Part shown: one piece after another, positions 16,048 to 23,030 of the stretch
How positions within the stretch are numbered: the first letter of the stretch is position 1
How the letters are laid out: every line of letters begins with the position of its first letter
Origin: a virus
Taxonomy: Duplodnaviria > Caudoviricetes
Virus record (IMG/VR): IMGVR_UViG_3300037524_000258
Coordinates: 1 to 37,712 of that record
DNA: 37,712 nucleotides
Reading direction: 5' to 3' (one strand)
Program-made: the position numbers and the translations under genes
The notes under the pieces: generated by a model
The model's database searches: none
What the model was told of the DNA's origin: nothing
The model's input: only the letters and a program-made list of their open reading frames with translations

Positions 16048-16319
16048 TGAGACCCCTCAACAAGATCGCGGCAGAAATCGTGACGTTGTGGAAGGACAAG
16101 CCGCCTTCCCCCAAAGTCGTGTGGTTCTCGCTGCCCTACGTGCGAGCCATGCTCGACCTGACCTCCTGCCGCGACATGTACGGCATGGAGTACGGGGACA
16201 TGATCGTGGCCTACGCGCTCAACAACATGTCGCACTGGCGCGGCGACGACGCCAAGCGCATCAAGTCCGAACTCAAGCAACACCTGGAGGCGTTCAATGT
16301 TAACCATCATCGCGCATAA
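16047..16319 (+). CDS. Conserved phage hypothetical protein (90 aa)
   Basis: TGATG overlap; RPL..IA.EI...W, PY..AM, YG.....IV.Y.L.N...WRG..AKRIK.EL pattern recalled from phage hypotheticals. Confidence 0.8.
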   Translation: MRPLNKIAAEIVTLWKDKPPSPKVVWFSLPYVRAMLDLTSCRDMYGMEYGDMIVAYALNNMSHWRGDDAKRIKSELKQHLEAFNVNHHRA

Positions 16320-17265
16320 CGTCAATGACGCGTACCACGAGGGCCTGTGGAAGATGAAGTCCATGGGGGAGAGGGCTGACAGCCGCAACGGTGGGGTCAC
16401 CCGATTCCCCTACCCGGTGGCTACGACATACCTCAACCCGCAAGAGCGCATGCTGCTCGACGTCAAGCGGGACGCCAACCCGTTCTTCCACATCTTTGAG
16501 GCGATCTGGATGTTGGCGGGCCGCAATGACTCCGAGTTCTTGAAGCGGTTCTCCTCCAACATCGGCCAGTTCGCTGACGGTAACGGCACGTTCCATGGGG
16601 CCTACGGGTTCCGGTGGCGCGAGCACTTCGGGGAAGATCAGCTGGTGTGGATCATGGAACACCTGCGGAAGAACCCCAACACTCGCCGCGCGGTCCTGCA
16701 AATGTACGATCCGGTGGCGGACCAATGGAGCAAGGACGTAGACGCGCCGCTCGACATCCCCTGTAACACCGCGGCATACTTCGGCGTCCGCCAGGGCGCT
16801 CTCAACATGACGGTGACCAACCGCTCCAACGACATGATTTGGGGAGCCTACGGCGCCAATGCCGTACACTTCTCCATGCTCCTGGAGTTCGTGGCTAGGG
16901 GGCTGGGGCTCAAGGTCGGGTCGTACACTCAGTTCAGCAACGACCTCCACATCTATGAGCGTCACTACCCATTGATGGAGTTCCCCGAACCCGTCACAGA
17001 GTACGCCCACCACTGGCGCCACGTTCCGTTGACGGACCCCGAACACTGGGGCGGCGATCTCATTCAGTTTGAGGAGTGGTGCCGGTGGCCTCAAGGGGAG
17101 TACGAAAGCCCCTACATCAACCGGGTGCTGTCCCCCATGCTCCAGTCTTGGTACGCATACAAGGGGAAGAACAAGGAACTGGCACTGGGTCACATCCAGG
17201 CAGTTGACGACGACGCAGTGCGGTACGCCTGCGAGCAATGGCTCCATAGGAGGGCGTGGAAATGA
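16297..17265 (+). CDS. Thymidylate synthase-family enzyme, probably dUMP hydroxymethylase (322 aa)
   Basis: NPFF..EAIWMLAGRND, GAYGFRWR, DQL, RRAVLQMYDP, catalytic DIPCN, RSNDMIWGAYGAN (Asn indicates dUMP specificity), LHIY; C-terminal extension ending ACEQWLHRR; context of hmU-DNA enzymes. Confidence 0.9.
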   Translation: MLTIIAHNVNDAYHEGLWKMKSMGERADSRNGGVTRFPYPVATTYLNPQERMLLDVKRDANPFFHIFEAIWMLAGRNDSEFLKRFSSNIGQFADGNGTFHGAYGFRWREHFGEDQLVWIMEHLRKNPNTRRAVLQMYDPVADQWSKDVDAPLDIPCNTAAYFGVRQGALNMTVTNRSNDMIWGAYGANAVHFSMLLEFVARGLGLKVGSYTQFSNDLHIYERHYPLMEFPEPVTEYAHHWRHVPLTDPEHWGGDLIQFEEWCRWPQGEYESPYINRVLSPMLQSWYAYKGKNKELALGHIQAVDDDAVRYACEQWLHRRAWK

Positions 17266-17768
17266 GGCCAAGTTCAATTCGTCCGTTGTACCGCGCGGGG
17301 CGGATCAAACGCTACCACAGCACTGACTTAGAGGCGCAAACCGTCGCTCAGCACTCTTGGGGCGTCGCCATGATCGTGGCGATGATCTACCCCAGGGGTG
17401 AGGGGTACGCTGGGATGTCCTCCCGTTTGATCCTGGCGGCGCTGACCCACGACCTGGCTGAGATCGAAACCGGGGACATCCCCGCCACCGCTAAGTGGGA
17501 GAGCCGCGAACTCTGCGAGGCTCTCAACGTAATGGAGGGGAAGTTCAACCGCAGGCACGACCTGCCTCAGCCCGCATCGTACAAGGAGGATTCCATTCTC
17601 AAGTGGGCGGACACTTTTGAGTTGTGCCTCTACTCCCACCATCAAATCACCAAAGGCAACGAGTACGCTGTTGAGATCCTCAACAACGGACTGGAGCACC
17701 TTCGCAAACTCGGTTTCCCAACAACAGAAGCAAAGGAATTGTATGACCAGGTCTTCGGCAGACGATAG
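17262..17768 (+). CDS. HD-domain deoxynucleotide phosphohydrolase (YfbR-like; 168 aa)
   Basis: IKRYH, QTVAQHSWGV, ALTHDLAE..TGDIP, KWAD..E; ATGA overlap at 17262. Confidence 0.88.
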   Translation: MRPSSIRPLYRAGRIKRYHSTDLEAQTVAQHSWGVAMIVAMIYPRGEGYAGMSSRLILAALTHDLAEIETGDIPATAKWESRELCEALNVMEGKFNRRHDLPQPASYKEDSILKWADTFELCLYSHHQITKGNEYAVEILNNGLEHLRKLGFPTTEAKELYDQVFGRR

Positions 17769-18018
17769 GCAAGTGGGGGGTAACCACTACAAGCGCGGCG
17801 GGGAGGAGCATTGGACCCGCGTGTATCGCTTGTTCGGCCCCGGCTACTTCATCGGGTGCATCACCAAGTACGTGGAGCGATACCAGTACAAGAACGGCTT
17901 GGAGGACCTTCTCAAGGCTCAGCACTTTCTCGACAAGCTCATCGAGTTGGAAGGTGCGAAGCCGAAGAAGGACGACAGCGAACCGGTGGGAAGGGGGTAC
18001 GTTGACCAAGACCGCTAG
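17743..18018 (+). CDS. DUF3310 / T7 gp1.7-like putative nucleotide kinase (91 aa)
   Basis: Start at ATG 17743 (AAGGA RBS); QVGGNHYK, G.ITKYV.R...KNGLEDL.KA.HFLDKLIE. Confidence 0.85.
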   Translation: MTRSSADDRQVGGNHYKRGGEEHWTRVYRLFGPGYFIGCITKYVERYQYKNGLEDLLKAQHFLDKLIELEGAKPKKDDSEPVGRGYVDQDR

Positions 18019-18121
18019 GGGCGCGCGGGACCCTTCGGGCTACCCTACCCCTACCCCCCGCCCGCGCGTCGATCCTAGGGGGTATTCAGCGCTGGCACAA
18101 GCCCTTCGCCGGGGGGCCTTT

Positions 18122-18133
18122 CCCGGCTATACT
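18122..18133 (+). promoter_or_regulatory. -10-like element CCCGGCTATACT
   Basis: Identical 12-mer at 6441-6452; intergenic and upstream of 18155. Confidence 0.55.
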
Positions 18134-18154
18134 CTAGACCTTTGAAAGGACACC

Positions 18155-18328
18155 ATGAACATTGAACTCACCAAGGACGAGGTTGCTCTGATCCTCGACG
18201 GGCTGTCCCAGTTGCCCCTGGCGAAAGCCTACAACACGTTCCAGAAAGTGCTGTCGCACTATCAGGCCGCAGAACAAGCCGAACAGAGATTGTCGCAAGG
18301 AGAGCTGAACCTGGGCGGTACGGACTGA
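18155..18328 (+). CDS. Small helical protein (57 aa)
   Basis: Not in the track; MNIELTKDEVALILDGLSQLPLAKAY...SQGELNLGGTD; AAAGGA RBS. Confidence 0.75.
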   Translation: MNIELTKDEVALILDGLSQLPLAKAYNTFQKVLSHYQAAEQAEQRLSQGELNLGGTD

Positions 18329-18342
18329 TTGTCAAACGGGTC

Positions 18343-18364
18343 GCCGGTCCCTCACCGGCATTTT
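18343..18364 (+). terminator. Weak terminator-like hairpin
   Basis: GCCGGT / ACCGGC stem followed by ATTTT. Confidence 0.4.
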
Positions 18365-18376
18365 CTAGGAGTTACC

Positions 18377-19057
18377 ATGCTGAAACATCTTTCCATCATC
18401 GTCGTTATGGTCGGCGTCGCCTTCATGGCCGAAGCTCAGGCCGCTGGTCTGGGCCTTGGTCTCGACAAGGACACCAACATCAACACCAACGCCAATACCC
18501 AGGGACAGACCCAAGGGCAGAACCAGGGCCAAGCCCAGGGTCAGCTGCAGGGCCAGAACCAGGGACAGGCGCAGATCGCTACTGGCGGCAACGCAGCGGC
18601 AGGGGCGGCGGCAGGGGCCATTTCCGGCTCTGCCAGCAAGTCGGTGTCGGGGTCCACTTCCGGGGCCGTCAGCGGGTCGGTGTCCAGCACCGGTGCCGTG
18701 GACGCCTCCAGCAAGAACGCGGTGGGTCAGACGACCACGGTCACCATCAATGAGGCGGCTCCCCCGGCCAATGTGCGGGTGACGTCGGCGCCTGACGTTT
18801 ATGCTCCCCCGGCCGTCACCACGGCGGTCTGCGTGATCGGGGCGTCGGGTGGTGTGTCCGGTATGGGTTGGGGCTTCAGCCTGGGTAGCGGCGTCAAGGA
18901 CGAGGGTTGCGAAGCCCGCGCCCTGGCATCCCTGCTGCACTCGCACGGCGCAGCCGACGCGGCCAAGGAACTGCTCTGCGCCGCTGACAAGCGGGTCGCG
19001 GATGCGTTCGCCAAGGTCGGCAAGCCCTGCCGCCCGGAGCCGGCACCGGCCCAGTAA
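18377..19057 (+). CDS. Exported protein with signal peptide, QGQx repeats and a four-Cys C-terminal domain (226 aa)
   Basis: ATG 18377 with AGGAG RBS; MLKHLSIIVVMVGVAFMAEAQA signal-like N-terminus; (QGQx)6; Gly/Ser/Ala-rich middle. Confidence 0.8.
   Translation: MLKHLSIIVVMVGVAFMAEAQAAGLGLGLDKDTNINTNANTQGQTQGQNQGQAQGQLQGQNQGQAQIATGGNAAAGAAAGAISGSASKSVSGSTSGAVSGSVSSTGAVDASSKNAVGQTTTVTINEAAPPANVRVTSAPDVYAPPAVTTAVCVIGASGGVSGMGWGFSLGSGVKDEGCEARALASLLHSHGAADAAKELLCAADKRVADAFAKVGKPCRPEPAPAQ
18500..18574 (+). repeat. Six in-frame 12-bp repeats encoding QGQ[T/N/A/L]
   Basis: QGQT QGQN QGQA QGQL QGQN QGQA Q. Confidence 0.9.
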
Positions 19058-19092
19058 GTCCCACACACCTTCGGCGCTCTAGCGCCGATCCT

Positions 19093-19125
19093 AGCGGGTA
19101 GCCCTCCACGAGCTACCCGCTTTTT
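19093..19125 (+). terminator. Intrinsic terminator where the two genome arms converge
   Basis: 10-bp stem AGCGGGTAGC (19093-19102) / GCTACCCGCT (19112-19121), then a T-tract. Confidence 0.8.
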
Positions 19126-19154
19126 GTTGCCTAGCGTTGGCAAGGTGTGTGGAA

Positions 19155-19337
19155 CTACCCGCGCTCCCTCAACTTCTTGGCGAGGGCCTTGGCCTGATCC
19201 GCCTTTTCCTGGGGAGTCCAAGCCTTGCCGAACTTGGCCCCAGCTGACGGGGGCGCAGACGCCGGCAATTCGACTTCCTGCGCCGCCTCCCGGCGCTGCA
19301 GGGTCTTCTTGGGGTTGATGATTTCGTTCAGTTCCAC
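19155..19337 (-). CDS. Small hypothetical protein (60 aa)
   Basis: GGGAGGG RBS before the GTG; last gene of the late arm. Confidence 0.65.
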   Translation of the reverse strand: MELNEIINPKKTLQRREAAQEVELPASAPPSAGAKFGKAWTPQEKADQAKALAKKLRERG

Positions 19338-19350
19338 GGTTCCCTCCCAA

Positions 19351-19575
19351 TCACTTCGGATTCAGCGACGGGTAGGTCTGCACACCCTTCTCGTTGAGCG
19401 TGGTGCAGACGCCCAGGAAGTCCCAGGCGGGCTGCTGGGACGGCTTGGTCGGCAACGTCGGCTTGCCGGCGACAGGCGTCGGCTTGGGTTGGATGGCGGT
19501 GCCAGGGGGCGGCACGACAGTGGCGCACGCCAGGGCGGCGTACACCAGGGGGACAGCGACGGCTGCAACGATCAT
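19351..19575 (-). CDS. Small Pro-rich putative lipoprotein (74 aa)
   Basis: AAGGAG RBS, ATGA overlap; hydrophobic N-terminus ending ALAC; Pro-rich mature region. Confidence 0.65.
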   Translation of the reverse strand: MIVAAVAVPLVYAALACATVVPPPGTAIQPKPTPVAGKPTLPTKPSQQPAWDFLGVCTTLNEKGVQTYPSLNPK

Positions 19576-19754
19576 TTGCGATTCTCCTTGGTAGGTGCTA
19601 GGACATCTTCGATGGTGGCGCTGTCCTTTGCCACTTCACGCTGGACATCGGCGTCGGCGCGCGTGTTCACCGTGGCGACGCTATTGTGTCCGAAGGCTAC
19701 TGCGCAGCCTCCGACCAGCAGCACCACGAGGATCAACGCGACGAGGCCCCACAC
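19572..19754 (-). CDS. Small putative lipoprotein or membrane protein (60 aa)
   Basis: GTG 2 nt after the tail-fibre stop; LVALILVVLLVGGC hydrophobic segment with a lipobox-like Cys. Confidence 0.65.
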   Translation of the reverse strand: MWGLVALILVVLLVGGCAVAFGHNSVATVNTRADADVQREVAKDSATIEDVLAPTKENRK

Positions 19755-19756
19755 GG

Positions 19757-21127
19757 TCAGGCAGCGTAGAGCCGACCGTTGTTGTCGACCATCACCTGAC
19801 GGTTGCCGCCGCCCGCCATATTTGCGACGATAACGCCCCCGTCGCTCTTGACAGCCAGCCGCGAAACGTCGTTGGTCTGGAATAGCAGATCACCGCCGGA
19901 GCGGCGGTTGCCCAGGATCACGCTCTGGCCGCTGAACGTCAGTACGAACTGCTGGGCCTCACCAGCGTTCAGGTTGAACGTGTTGATGATCGGGGAGTTG
20001 ACTGCGCCGCTTTCGTTGTTGCTGTAGATCTGCAGGGCCTGATTCAGGTCAGCGCCAAACAGCGTCACGATGCCGTTGGCTGCGATTCGCATGCGTTCAA
20101 AGCCGACGCGCTGGTCAGCGTCCATCGGGCCAGAGCCGGTGCTGAAGGCCAGCGCGCCGCCGCTGTTCGGCACCATGCTGATGCCCGCACCGTAAGAGCC
20201 GACGCTGTTGTTCGCCACTAAGGCGATCTGCACGCCCGACTGGTTGGCGTCGCTGTTCGTGTAGACCTGGCCTGTGAAGACGGTGCGGTAGCTGTTGGCA
20301 CCGCCGGTGGCTGGCGTGTTCTTCGCAAAAAAGCTCACGTCATCCATGTTCGCCAGCACGTTGCTCCCGCCAGCGCCAGGATGGATCGACGTGATCACCG
20401 CCGCGCGTGCCGTGTCTTCGCCGCCGAAAGTCGCACGGCCGAGGTTCGTCACGCGGCCGACCTCGCCGCCACCAGGGCCACGCCACAACTGCACTGGGCC
20501 CGTGCCGTCCTGGCGGGTGATCGCCGCAGCGTTGACGCTGTTGTCGTAGATCAAGAGCTTGACCGTTTCCGCTGAACTGGTGCCGATCTGGACTGAGCCG
20601 CTGGGCTGAATCCGCATGCGCTCGACGCCGCTACTGCTCCACGTCAACCCCGTCGAGGATGCCGGGATTTGCATGACCCAGCTTTCGTTCCCGTCTTGGA
20701 ACAACTGCAGCCCAGCGGCCGTGCCGCTCGGCGTGTTGACCGCGAGCTTTTGACTGGGCGACGCAGCCCCCTCGCCGACCTTGAGGCTCGCAGCCGTGAT
20801 GGTCTTGCCCGTAGCCATGCCCAGGCCGGTGGTACCCCACTGGGCGATCTTCGCGCCCCCCACAGACACCGACAAGGTGCTAGCCGCTTCGCGGTAGAAG
20901 CCCAAATTGGGTTGGGAACCAAACGAGATAGATGGTTCCGCCACCGTTCCATCGGTGAACCGAACAGGGGCGGTGGGTCCCAGCAACCCGTCGCGGGTGA
21001 GAACGTTGTTGAGCTGAACAGCGATGTCGGACATCGTGGGATTGGCCCACGACGTTTCGATGATCGTACCGTCAACGACAGGGTTCCCTGCGGGCAGGGT
21101 ATAGACGCCAGAAGAGTCGCGGGGCAT
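19757..21127 (-). CDS. Tail fibre / receptor-binding protein (456 aa)
   Basis: Start at ATG 21127 (GGAG RBS); N-terminal anchor MPRDSSGVYTLPAGNPV..GT.I...WAN.T.SD...L.RDG; DGT..EPSISF; two ERMRI..[S/N]G.V repeats. Confidence 0.85.
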   Translation of the reverse strand: MPRDSSGVYTLPAGNPVVDGTIIETSWANPTMSDIAVQLNNVLTRDGLLGPTAPVRFTDGTVAEPSISFGSQPNLGFYREAASTLSVSVGGAKIAQWGTTGLGMATGKTITAASLKVGEGAASPSQKLAVNTPSGTAAGLQLFQDGNESWVMQIPASSTGLTWSSSGVERMRIQPSGSVQIGTSSAETVKLLIYDNSVNAAAITRQDGTGPVQLWRGPGGGEVGRVTNLGRATFGGEDTARAAVITSIHPGAGGSNVLANMDDVSFFAKNTPATGGANSYRTVFTGQVYTNSDANQSGVQIALVANNSVGSYGAGISMVPNSGGALAFSTGSGPMDADQRVGFERMRIAANGIVTLFGADLNQALQIYSNNESGAVNSPIINTFNLNAGEAQQFVLTFSGQSVILGNRRSGGDLLFQTNDVSRLAVKSDGGVIVANMAGGGNRQVMVDNNGRLYAA

Positions 21128-21128
21128 G

Positions 21129-23030
21129 TCAGTACTCCGAGTCAGTTGAGACAGCCGCAGAGCGTCCACCGCCCAGCAGCAATTGTTTGAGGGTTTTCTC
21201 GACAGGGCCCAATGGAGCCCCTGCCGCCTCCCGCTTCTGCATCAGATCCAGGAACTTCTGGGGCTCCAGCAGGGCCTCGTCAATCATCTTGACGGACCTC
21301 TCGTTGAGGTCCCCGAAGTACGAGCCCAGGGCACCCCTCAACCGCCACAGGGGACCGGCGTTGAGCGCGGCGGATGCCGCCCCTTCGCCGCCACCCAGAT
21401 TGACGCCAGCCCCACCGGAGGACATAGCAGGGGTGTAGATTTCGTGGGCCTTGAGTTGGTCCGCTACGATGTTCAGAGTATCCATGTTGTCTTGCCCGAG
21501 TTCGCCCAGGCGACCCTTCTTGGCTTCGGCAATCATGCTCCGACGCAGCGGACCAGACGACATGTGGGGTACAACGTCCTGGCCGGTGCTGCCATAGAAC
21601 TGGTTGGTGGAAGCGATCTGGTCTTTGACCAACCTCTCCCGCATAGCTTTGGCGGCCTCAGCCCCGCCGAGCTGCTCCATGGTGGCGCCGTAACCGGCTT
21701 GCATGTTCGTGAACTGCCCCTTGCTACGTTCGTCAGCCGCTTGCTTGAGGACCTCCCGAGCGCGTTGGATGGTGCTGGAGTCCCCAGCTTCCTGACCCAG
21801 ACGCCAGTACAGTTGGGGGAGCACTTCCAAGGTCGCTTCCGGGTTGTCCACGGCAGCGATGACGTTATCCAGTTCCTTGGCCAGTTGCGGGTTGGCGATG
21901 ACCTCATTGGAGTTGCGGAGGGCGAGCATTTCCTGGGAAATTGCGGCCCTACGATCCTGGCTGAGCGGGAGCTTGTTCAGCAGTTCCTTGCCCTCGACCA
22001 TGATGTCGGTGCCGCCCTTGACGAGATTGTCGATCTCATCAGCTGCGCTAGTGGCGCCCTGAACGGCTTCCCACGCTGCCCTGGACACCGACTCGTCGTG
22101 TGGCGAGAAGTCCACGTTGCCCCGACTGCGAGCGCCGCGCTCCAAGGCACCCAAGCGGGCGTCCTGAGCCGTGGCTGCGGTTGTGCGGGGGAACATAGAC
22201 GGAGTGGGATTGGAGACTTGTTGGGCGATCTGACCCAGCTTGTCCTTGCCCAAGGTGCGTTCCAAAGCGCGGACAGCCCGACCTTGGGTCGCCCCGACAG
22301 TGGGCAGCGCTTCTCGTGCCAGGTACTTGCCCGTCCCCTTCACGGCACTGACCGCTAGGGGGAGGGCTCCCGCCACCGTACCGCCCGTCACGCCGCCCAA
22401 GGCGAGGTTGTCCAGGCGATCCATCGCGCCGCGATCTTCAGCGTCGCCGACAACACCAGCGCTCAACGCTCCCTCAGTGGCGGCCCTCCCTACCAGTCCC
22501 AGGTTTGCGACCCGCCCACCAACGGAACCCAGGCGCGACGCGGCAGGGAGGGCCTTAGTCAATACCTTGGCGCCCGACCCAACAACCCCACCCAAGGGGG
22601 CCGTGGCGATCATTTCGCCAGCAATTTCCCCGGCAGTTCCCCACCCGCCCAGGTTTTCCTTGCTCTTCTTCCAGTCCATGCGCTCCTGGCGCTCTTCTTC
22701 AGAGCCCAGGCCGACCAGGTTCTTGGCGCCCAGATAGGCGTTGCGCATGCCCCCGCCAATACCCACCAGGGCCTTCTCAGCGAAGTTCATACCCGCTGCC
22801 GGGTCGTAGGTTTCGGGGGACGGAGAACCAGTCCCTGCAAGGCCGGAATCGGCCCCCCGCGCGTTCGCCGGGGCCGGGGGTAGGCTACCCCCTCCCGCGC
22901 CCGTCGCCGCGCCCGTAGACCCCCCTAGCTGAGACTGGAGAATCTTGAAGGCGTCGGCTTCCGTGGCCCCCTCAGGACCGTTGACCCGATAGGTCTGGCC
23001 ATCAGGAGACTTGAACGTAAAGGTGGGCAT
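21129..23030 (-). CDS. Internal virion / DNA ejection protein (633 aa)
   Basis: N-terminal F..PDG.TY.V.GPEGAT motif; Gly/Ala-rich hydrophobic segments; position before the tail fibre. Confidence 0.7.
   Translation of the reverse strand: MPTFTFKSPDGQTYRVNGPEGATEADAFKILQSQLGGSTGAATGAGGGSLPPAPANARGADSGLAGTGSPSPETYDPAAGMNFAEKALVGIGGGMRNAYLGAKNLVGLGSEEERQERMDWKKSKENLGGWGTAGEIAGEMIATAPLGGVVGSGAKVLTKALPAASRLGSVGGRVANLGLVGRAATEGALSAGVVGDAEDRGAMDRLDNLALGGVTGGTVAGALPLAVSAVKGTGKYLAREALPTVGATQGRAVRALERTLGKDKLGQIAQQVSNPTPSMFPRTTAATAQDARLGALERGARSRGNVDFSPHDESVSRAAWEAVQGATSAADEIDNLVKGGTDIMVEGKELLNKLPLSQDRRAAISQEMLALRNSNEVIANPQLAKELDNVIAAVDNPEATLEVLPQLYWRLGQEAGDSSTIQRAREVLKQAADERSKGQFTNMQAGYGATMEQLGGAEAAKAMRERLVKDQIASTNQFYGSTGQDVVPHMSSGPLRRSMIAEAKKGRLGELGQDNMDTLNIVADQLKAHEIYTPAMSSGGAGVNLGGGEGAASAALNAGPLWRLRGALGSYFGDLNERSVKMIDEALLEPQKFLDLMQKREAAGAPLGPVEKTLKQLLLGGGRSAAVSTDSEY

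Noticed and set aside
16297-17265. Ordinary thyA or dCMP hydroxymethylase
   Set aside because: Asn in RSND...GAN indicates dUMP rather than dCMP. The C-terminal extension and the adjacent 5-HMUDK/AADT genes argue for hydroxymethylation rather than dTMP synthesis (not experimentally proven).
19061-19152. tRNA gene
   Set aside because: Cloverleaf-like, but the stem lengths are wrong, there is no TTC-RA T-loop or D-loop consensus, and one arm is a terminator.
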